A stretch of 64,000 nucleotides of DNA from Vicugna vicugna. Its lineage: Eukaryota. The translations under genes and the position numbers were made by a program. The stretch covers positions 16,294,899 to 16,358,898 of the forward strand of contig MU062133.1 of NCBI GenBank assembly GCA_013265495.1, in the 5' to 3' direction. The notes under the pieces were generated by a model. It was given only the letters and a program-made list of their open reading frames with translations, searched no databases and was not told the DNA's origin. Within the stretch, counting starts at the first letter, position 1. Each line of letters opens with the position of its first letter. Shown here one piece after another: positions 60,301 through 64,000 of the stretch.

Positions 60301-62296
60301 TGAATACTAATAATGACAGAGCATCTTATACTTGGAAAGCACTTATCCTTGGACCGGTTTCACTGACACACTAATCTGGTTAGCAGGTGGGGCATAAACC
60401 ACCATTTCCCCATGTATTTAAAAAAAAACAAAAAACTAAGACCCAAGACGTGGCATGAGTCCTGCAAGGTAACAGTCACTCCTGTTACCCTGAGTGTTAG
60501 GGCCCAAACACAGTCATCTGACTCCAGACATGGGGCCTCCACCTTCACCACACTGCCGCCTCTTTTAAAACACAGCTGAAGAGGGCCTACTAGATCCTGA
60601 GTGATTTTTTTTTCACTAGTCAGGACATACAAGATCAGCAGTTCAGACCACTCTAGGGGCACACTGGAACAAATGGAAGGTGCTCAGAGCAGTCTGGAGG
60701 TCGCCTGCTGGCCAGGGGATCTTTCTGGAAGCCAGGGCAGAAGTTGAGCCCAGGGTCTTCTCTTTTGCCCGGAACTCCCACAGATGAACCCTCAGCATGG
60801 GCAGCAACGAGCCATGAGGCCTTCAGAGATATACGCCAACTTTCAGGTTTGGATTTCATTTGAGATTTGTCCCTCAAACCAGCCAACCACTACGGTCAAG
60901 AATTTATGAGGCTTTCCAGCCTTCAAAACTTTGTTAGAAAAATGAAATAGATATTAACAATCCCTGAGAATGAGCCTCTCTTCCCAGACAGCCCAGGTAG
61001 ATGGGCTGGAAATGGAGTTCCATGCAGTCCCCTGACCCCACTGAGCAATTCCACCTCTACAAAAACGCCATCAGGTCTGTGTTCTGTGAACCTCCAGACC
61101 TGCCCCCTCCAGGTCAAAAATCCAGGACAAAGTACATGACAGCCAGCCTCTCTCTGACAGGAGGCGAAAGAACCAGAGGGAAGGTCATGGAGTCCAGGCT
61201 TGTCTCCGTGGGTGTTGTTTGTTGTTCCCAAATACATCACCAGAAGGAGTCACCAGACACTCCGCTTCTGGGAGAGATGAGGGCTTGCTGACAGAGGTCA
61301 AGAGGAGCATTGGTCCACAACAGGCCCCCAGAGAGTTGCCAGTGTGGGAGGGAAGTTAAGAGTGTGGCTCTGGGCTTCAGTCCAGGTCTGCCAGCATGTG
61401 CCCAGAATACACGTGGGAGAGGAGTGTCTCGTAACACGTCCAGCCTCACTTCCTCCTCCATCCAAGGGAATGGCTGTGGGATAGTGAGGTAACCTACGCA
61501 CATCATGTTGAAATTCACCTCTATGTGGTCAGTTGCCATCAAAAGCTCCTATCTTTGCTGTTTTTTTTTTTTCTGGGGCCTCAGAATACTTTCTTACTTT
61601 GGAAAAACCAAAGGTATGGGGGTCTTATAGAAGCTCCACCCCAACACCGGGAGCAGAGCAGTACCCCAACCCGCTTGGGAGTCCCTCAGCCCAGGCTTCC
61701 CAGTGCCCGCCACTCCCACAGTGCAGGGAGCCTCTACACAGTTCCCACCTGAGGCACCCCTTTCCCAAGAAACACCCCATCCCTGGACTTCCCCTCCAAC
61801 TTGGCAGAGTTGGAAACGCTCCCTGGGAAGTCCATGTATGTGTTCACAGAGGTCTGCAGAGGCAGGGCCCACTCCTCCTGTGGGGAGGGATGACCATGAA
61901 GCTGGCCAGGGCTGATGAGGGCCTTACAGAGCCGTTTGTTCTACAGGCCCAGGACTAAACCTGAGTCTTAAATGCAAGAGACCTTGAAGAGTATCAAGAA
62001 CAATATCCTTACTGGACAGCTGAGAATTTCAGAGTCCAAATAACTTCCCAAGTCACATAGCTGCCAAGTGACAGAGTTGCAATGAAAACGCAAGTGACCA
62101 AGTGACCAGGGCCCTGGCCCAGGGCTCTTTCCTCAGCACTTCACGGCCCCCAGACCAGTCACTAGCAAATGGCATAAGGCCCAGAGAATGACCCTCCAGT
62201 GCCCCCTCGGCTTCACCCCCACTCCAAAGTCAGGATACACTTTCTTCTCAGGTAGGCCAAAAGGGTTGTTTCTGGATCTGCATTTTTCTCCACCAC
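11814..62296 (-). CDS. XDH: Xanthine dehydrogenase/oxidase, spliced CDS of exons 2-36 (exon 1 outside window); 3957 nt including stop using the distal exon 8 acceptor
   Basis: 35 exons with GT-AG ends and consistent phases translate to the XDH sequence: [50 protein letters not shown], ending CKPWSLRV*. Exon sizes match the human gene as recalled except exon 7. Confidence 0.99.
13459..13635 (-). CDS. XDH: XDH exon 35 (177 nt) [59 protein letters not shown]
   Basis: CAG/GTACGA boundaries; catalytic Glu1261 equivalent (VGEPP). Confidence 0.97.
14045..14235. mobile_element. MER5-family hAT-Charlie MITE
   Basis: atcagaatcactaggg...aaatgcaggttctggggccctaccccaaacctac...ggtgggcccc...ctgcatttt. Confidence 0.7.
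14889..15077 (-). CDS. XDH: XDH exon 34 (189 nt) [63 protein letters not shown]
   Basis: CAG/GTACTG boundaries; peptide in ORF 14874..15188. Confidence 0.97.
16442..16507 (-). CDS. XDH: XDH exon 33 (66 nt) [22 protein letters not shown]
   Basis: TAG/GTAAGA boundaries. Confidence 0.97.
16725..17040. mobile_element. MER58B-like hAT-Charlie element
   Basis: gggattgacaaattatg...ttttattggaacacgccc...aaaacctaaaatgtttactctctgg...ggaagtttg. Confidence 0.7.
17160..17274 (-). CDS. XDH: XDH exon 32 (115 nt) [38 protein letters not shown]
   Basis: CAG/GTAAGA boundaries. Confidence 0.97.
18278..18323. repeat. (TA)n microsatellite
   Basis: Direct reading. Confidence 0.9.
19022..19074 (-). CDS. XDH: XDH exon 31 (53 nt) [18 protein letters not shown]
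   Basis: CAG/GTAAGT boundaries. Confidence 0.96.
19433..19507 (-). CDS. XDH: XDH exon 30 (75 nt) [25 protein letters not shown]
   Basis: TAG/GTAAGT boundaries. Confidence 0.97.
20130..20258 (-). CDS. XDH: XDH exon 29 (129 nt) [43 protein letters not shown]
   Basis: CAG/GTAAGG boundaries. Confidence 0.97.
20690..20790. mobile_element. MIR fragment
   Basis: cacagatgaggaaactgaggccaagag...gacttgcccaaggtcacc. Confidence 0.7.
20885..20980 (-). CDS. XDH: XDH exon 28 (96 nt) [32 protein letters not shown]
   Basis: TAG/GTGAGC boundaries; HGGTEMGQG motif. Confidence 0.97.
21543..21624 (-). CDS. XDH: XDH exon 27 (82 nt) [27 protein letters not shown]
   Basis: CAG/GTAATT boundaries; Cys992 and Phe1009/Thr1010 equivalents. 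Confidence 0.97.
22439..22584 (-). CDS. XDH: XDH exon 26 (146 nt) [49 protein letters not shown]
   Basis: AAG acceptor; GTAAGC donor. Confidence 0.96.
22784..22975 (-). CDS. XDH: XDH exon 25 (192 nt) [64 protein letters not shown]
   Basis: CAG/GTAAGC boundaries; Arg880 and Phe914 equivalents present. Confidence 0.97.
23440..25200 (-). mobile_element. Old L1M fragment(s) hosting the younger L1
   Basis: T-rich degenerate L1 sequence (tatacagaattctaggttgg, tttctaacatttcacaataat). Confidence 0.55.
23669..23856 (-). mobile_element. 5'-truncated L1 insertion with 14-bp target-site duplication
   Basis: Poly-T then aattgagatatagttgatttacaat...; flanked by tattaccatttctt / tattgccatttctt. Confidence 0.85.
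25690..26175 (+). mobile_element. L1MC-like 3' end
   Basis: aaacaacccaaatggccatcaagcagtg...gattagtggttgtctggg...cggggtgatggaagtgtcc. Confidence 0.75.
26176..27179 (+). mobile_element. Tigger3/Golem-derived non-autonomous TcMar element (Tigger3b-like, about 1 kb)
   Basis: Terminal inverted repeats caactgacccttgaac...gttcaagggtcaacta; internal Tigger3-like sequence. Confidence 0.85.
27693..27779 (-). CDS. XDH: XDH exon 24 (87 nt) [29 protein letters not shown]
   Basis: CAG acceptor; donor GTACGT. Confidence 0.96.
29039..29126 (-). CDS. XDH: XDH exon 23 (88 nt) [29 protein letters not shown]
   Basis: CAG acceptor; donor GTTCTA. Confidence 0.96.
29538..29671 (-). CDS. XDH: XDH exon 22 (134 nt) [45 protein letters not shown]
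   Basis: CAG/GTGAGT boundaries; Moco motif GGGFGGKE with the Glu802 equivalent. Confidence 0.97.
30140..30330. mobile_element. MIR fragments
   Basis: acagatgaggaaactgaggc and ccccattttacagatgag cores. Confidence 0.65.
30426..30550 (-). CDS. XDH: XDH exon 21 (125 nt) [41 protein letters not shown]
   Basis: CAG/GTAGGT boundaries; Mo-site Gln (STQN) present. Confidence 0.97.
31450..31546 (-). CDS. XDH: XDH exon 20 (97 nt) [33 protein letters not shown]
   Basis: CAG/GTACAG boundaries. Confidence 0.97.
32019..32138 (-). CDS. XDH: XDH exon 19 (120 nt) [40 protein letters not shown]
   Basis: CAG/GTAACT boundaries; absent from the ORF track, found by manual translation. Confidence 0.97.
32988..33661 (-). 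mobile_element. L1 3' end (cetartiodactyl-type) spanning the assembly gap
   Basis: tttattgaagtataattggtttac...aatatagttccctgtgctac; after the gap ggatatatgcccaggagtgggattgctggatcat. Confidence 0.85.
33280..33543. other. Assembly gap, 264 N
   Basis: Run of n characters. Confidence 1.
34481..34604 (-). CDS. XDH: XDH exon 18 (124 nt) [41 protein letters not shown]
   Basis: CAG/GTATGT boundaries. Confidence 0.97.
36016..36185 (-). CDS. XDH: XDH exon 17 (170 nt) [57 protein letters not shown]
   Basis: CAG/GTGAGT boundaries; peptide in ORF 36012..36203. Confidence 0.97.
36372..36527. mobile_element. MER2-like Tigger MITE ending in a perfect hairpin
   Basis: gattggttccaggatccc...ggatgctcaagtcccttatataaaatgg; 16-bp inverted repeat 36473-36488 / 36512-36527. 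Confidence 0.7.
37206..37395. mobile_element. MER58A-like hAT-Charlie MITE
   Basis: gggccaaacctggccc...ttttataaataaagttttattgg...ggcccagaaaatccaaaatgttta. Confidence 0.75.
37445..37481. repeat. (GTTTT)n pentanucleotide repeat
   Basis: About 7 perfect units. Confidence 0.95.
37798..37881 (-). CDS. XDH: XDH exon 16 (84 nt) [28 protein letters not shown]
   Basis: CAG/GTGAGT boundaries; carries the Cys535-equivalent switch cysteine. Confidence 0.97.
39304..39478 (-). CDS. XDH: XDH exon 15 (175 nt) [58 protein letters not shown]
   Basis: CAG/GTGAGT boundaries; peptide in ORF 39106..39582. Confidence 0.97.
39560..39920. mobile_element. MIR fragments, opposite orientations
   Basis: gactttaggcaagttacttaacctccttgagcctctg; aatgagaaagctgaggcaaggg. 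Confidence 0.65.
40012..40838. repeat. Degenerate compound trinucleotide repeat (GCA/GTA/GCG/ACA)n, about 830 bp, intron 14
   Basis: Persistent 3-nt periodicity with short pure GCA and GCG runs; strong purine skew on +. Confidence 0.95.
40863..41047 (-). CDS. XDH: XDH exon 14 (185 nt) [62 protein letters not shown]
   Basis: TAG/GTAAGA boundaries; contains the RREDDIAK switch loop. Confidence 0.97.
41716..42110 (-). mobile_element. Probable old MaLR LTR (MLT1J/K-like)
   Basis: tgtcaggttctg...ggaaaggtttattgcag resembles the reverse of an MLT1 3' end with its poly(A) signal. Confidence 0.4.
43155..43264 (-). CDS. XDH: XDH exon 13 (110 nt) [36 protein letters not shown]
   Basis: CAG/GTAAGA boundaries; peptide in ORF 43014..43415. 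Confidence 0.97.
43404..44050. mobile_element. MER63-like hAT element, interrupted
   Basis: aaccctgattc...ataaatactcctaccacagcc...; ...aataatggccatgtttaac...ccagcccaccact terminus. Confidence 0.55.
44266..44359 (-). CDS. XDH: XDH exon 12 (94 nt) [32 protein letters not shown]
   Basis: TAG/GTGAGC boundaries. Confidence 0.97.
45350..45500. mobile_element. MER5A-like MITE
   Basis: catcagaagcacctg...cccagacctgctggcagaatctctgaggatggg...aatctgcatttttaacaagc. Confidence 0.75.
45588..45739 (-). CDS. XDH: XDH exon 11 (152 nt) [50 protein letters not shown]
   Basis: CAG/GTGAGT boundaries; peptide in ORF 45489..45821. Confidence 0.97.
45985..46125. mobile_element. MER5-family MITE fragment
   Basis: cagtggttctcaac...attctaatgtgtagctaggattgagaacaact. 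Confidence 0.6.
46343..46435 (-). CDS. XDH: XDH exon 10 (93 nt) [31 protein letters not shown]
   Basis: Acceptor ctcGAG (rare -3 G); donor GTAAGG. Confidence 0.95.
48592..48733 (-). CDS. XDH: XDH exon 9 (142 nt) [48 protein letters not shown]
   Basis: CAG/GTAAGG boundaries; FAD-binding VVGNTEIG. Confidence 0.97.
49722..49808 (-). CDS. XDH: XDH exon 8 (87 nt; 90 nt if upstream CAG at 49812-49814 is used) [29 protein letters not shown]
   Basis: CAGCAG tandem acceptor; GTAGGT donor. Confidence 0.95.
50126..50191 (-). CDS. XDH: XDH exon 7 (66 nt) [22 protein letters not shown]
   Basis: TAG/GTAGGT boundaries; one codon shorter than the human exon as recalled. Confidence 0.95.
53349..53410 (-). 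CDS. XDH: XDH exon 6 (62 nt) [20 protein letters not shown]
   Basis: TAG/GTATGT boundaries; CRC motif. Confidence 0.97.
53570..53826 (+). mobile_element. L2 3' end
   Basis: ccaggaagcctccctag...ttccttgagagtagggactg...gatgaatggatgg tail. Confidence 0.65.
54040..54480. mobile_element. Two L1 3' ends joined head-to-head (antisense about 54040-54096, sense about 54097-54480)
   Basis: ttttaattgaagtgcagttgattt...gtacagcat then ggatggacttggagggcattatgctaagtg...catcaattacactttaatt. Confidence 0.8.
54719..54845 (-). CDS. XDH: XDH exon 5 (127 nt) [43 protein letters not shown]
   Basis: TAG/GTACGG boundaries; Fe/S motif CGFC. Confidence 0.97.
55560..56760 (-). mobile_element. L2 fragment, about 1.2 kb
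   Basis: tcatttgacaaatatttactgag...tggatttttactc...ggagattagacatccatctagtgatgtctagtaggcagctgg. Confidence 0.75.
57921..58029 (-). CDS. XDH: XDH exon 4 (109 nt) [36 protein letters not shown]
   Basis: CAG/GTAACC boundaries; peptide also in ORF 57831..58052. Confidence 0.97.
58030..59343 (-). other. XDH: U12-type (minor spliceosome) GT-AG intron 3
   Basis: 5' site GTATCCTTT; branch site ACCTTAAT (58042-58049) 12 nt from CAG; no polypyrimidine tract. Confidence 0.9.
58530..59150 (-). mobile_element. L2 fragment inside U12 intron 3
   Basis: cagtcattcaatc...gccaggcaccctgcc...gaaggcttcctggaggagggg...ctgcattttagaaaggtca. Confidence 0.7.
59344..59440 (-). CDS. XDH: XDH exon 3 (97 nt) [33 protein letters not shown], 2Fe-2S motif
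   Basis: CAG acceptor preceded by TTCCTTAAC; donor GTATCCTTT. Confidence 0.97.
60330..60540. mobile_element. MIR fragment
   Basis: Degenerate MIR (gggcccaaacacagtcatctgactccaga). Confidence 0.5.
61975..62100. mobile_element. MIR fragment
   Basis: taacttcccaagtcacatagctgccaagtgacagagttg. Confidence 0.6.
62239..62296 (-). CDS. XDH: XDH exon 2 (58 nt) [19 protein letters not shown]
   Basis: TAG acceptor; donor GTATCCTG (U12-type). Confidence 0.97.
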
Positions 62297-64000
62297 CTAT
62301 AAAAACAAAAACAAGTGAAAACTATATCATAGGTATATTCAGCCATTGTCTCATCCAAGAATTTGTCAAGTTAATGGGGACGTGCTAAACATATCCTGAA
62401 AATGAAGGTATTTTTCTTGATAATTCTGTAAGATGAACACAGGAACTGCAAGCCAAACTGTGTACATGCTGACACTCTGTGATCCTAAATTTCGCATCAG
62501 TGCTCAGCTCCAGGCCCACCACAGAACCCAGAGGTGTTGCACCTGCCCTGCTGGGCTGACCAAGGCAAAGTCCCTTTCAAATGGAGCATGTCCTCTCATT
62601 TCCAGCTGCCAGATCACATCTGTGACCACCGGGGACAGCTGAGCACTGCAGCAAGCAGACCTCTGGCTGAGCCTCCTGGTGTGTTCACTCTCAGGCAGTA
62701 GACAGCAGTCTGTCGGCCTGTACTCATAGCGGAGTGTTGTATGCGTTGGGTTATCACACTCAGCAAGATTAACACAGGTTAGAAATGGAGGCAAAATCTC
62801 AAACCAAAGTCCCGAACAGAATATTCAATAAGATGGAAAGGTGGTCTATAAGGTGCAGGGCCAGTTCCTGATGGAAATCATCAAACGAAATCTATGAAAA
62901 TCTGTTTCGCTTCTCCTTGTGCATCATCAAGGGTAAAAGAGTTTGGGTGATTGGGGTGGTCAAGGGGAGAGAAGGTGTGATAAGAGTTGGGAAGAGCAAA
63001 GGATGTGAAAATGTCAGTCATGGACATGCAGAGGCCATGCATGAGAGAGACAGCTTGCTTGAGGTGTCTAAATAACTCCCAAAAGACTGACTACAGGAGG
63101 TGATGGGACCTCCATCAGAGTCTGTGTGAAGGCTGAGGGCTGAGGAAGAGCAGCCAGACTGAGGAAAACACATCTCTTATGTCGTGAGACTTGCAATGGA
63201 AGGATCCCAGTGGTGGGAAGCCATCTTACACCAGCACCAATTAAATAAGAACTTTCTCACTACCCATTCCTCTCTGTCCCAAATTCAGACTGTGTTTGGA
63301 AACTTATAATTGCCTATAGAATTTTTTTATTGACTACGAGTAACCCAGGAGGTCATGAAACTACCAGAATTTACCCCTTGGAAGATAAAATTAATCTTCT
63401 TTTATGATTACACCTCACATGTCCAGCTTGTTCAAAGTCCTGATTACAAATTTCACACAAAGAGTCATTATAAATGCACAAAATAAAGATCCTTATTACT
63501 TTCCTCCCAGGTGGCAGGAAGAGCCTTTTTGCACACTACCTTCCCCTGAAGTTGTTCCTTCCTCCTGTCCTGCTGCTGTCCTTTATCACATCACATCAGT
63601 TCCCTGCCCGGTGCCTTCAGTGACCTCCCACATACTCAAGGTAGCACCCAAGTTCTTTAGATTTTCTTTCAAGGCCCTTCAACGTGTCCCCAATCTTCAT
63701 TTTCAGCCTTTCCCCCTCCAACTTCCTTACCAAGCTGGTCTTCGTATTTCAGTGAAAATATAACGTTTACCTTCTGATCCTAAGCCTTTGGCCACTCCAT
63801 TCGTCTTCCACCTTCATCTTGACTTATCAGAAGACCCCAAACACTTCCCTAGTAAGGGCTTTCCATACCACCCCAGCCACAAGTGGTCCGACCTTCTTTG
63901 AATTCCTACAGAGAATGTCCACGTCACTCTCATGGCATGTCTGTAGCATTTGCCCCAGCAAACTCTGCTGAACCCTCTCCCAGCAGGATGCTCAAAGGAA

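Larger units (their letters stand above)
59441..62238 (-). other. XDH: U12-type (minor spliceosome) GT-AG intron 2
   Basis: 5' site GTATCCTG; branch site TTCCTTAAC (59454-59462) 13 nt from CAG; no polypyrimidine tract. Confidence 0.92.

Noticed and set aside
62004-62011. ATATCCTT on the plus strand resembling an AT-AC U12 donor
   Set aside because: Wrong strand for XDH, inside a MIR-like region, and no partner branch site or transcript.
11814-62296. Possibility that XDH is pseudogenised or is an aldehyde oxidase paralogue
   Set aside because: No frameshift or stop in 35 exons, and the XDH-diagnostic Glu802/Arg880 equivalents are present.
1-64000. tRNA, rRNA, snRNA genes, CRISPR arrays, intact transposase or RT ORFs
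   Set aside because: None recognised; all mobile elements are truncated and decayed.

Overview
Mammalian genomic DNA. A camelid is most likely, inferred from the L1 3' end at 1-128 and the absence of recognisable ruminant, pig, carnivore or primate SINEs. The window is dominated by one gene, xanthine dehydrogenase/oxidase (XDH), on the minus strand. I located 35 coding exons by hand (human exons 2-36, 62296 down to the TGA at 11814). All have GT-AG boundaries, continuous reading phase and no internal stops. Exon 1 (about 14 codons) lies beyond 64000. The predicted protein is about 1332-1333 aa with the Fe/S cysteines, FAD motifs, Mo-centre residues and the four dehydrogenase-to-oxidase switch cysteines intact. 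Positions 1 to about 10.3 kb are downstream intergenic DNA. Introns carry ordinary L1, L2, MIR, MaLR, hAT and Tigger relics plus one 264-N gap. I found no prokaryote-type system and no second gene. The most unusual items are: an ~830-bp CpG-rich degenerate trinucleotide tract starting 24 nt after the exon 14 donor; two consecutive U12-type introns; four apparently gained cysteines including a CCxxC; a rare GAG acceptor; and a NAGNAG acceptor that could offset a one-codon loss in exon 7. Comparisons with human and bovine XDH are from memory and need confirming by alignment. Repeat family names and boundaries are approximate.
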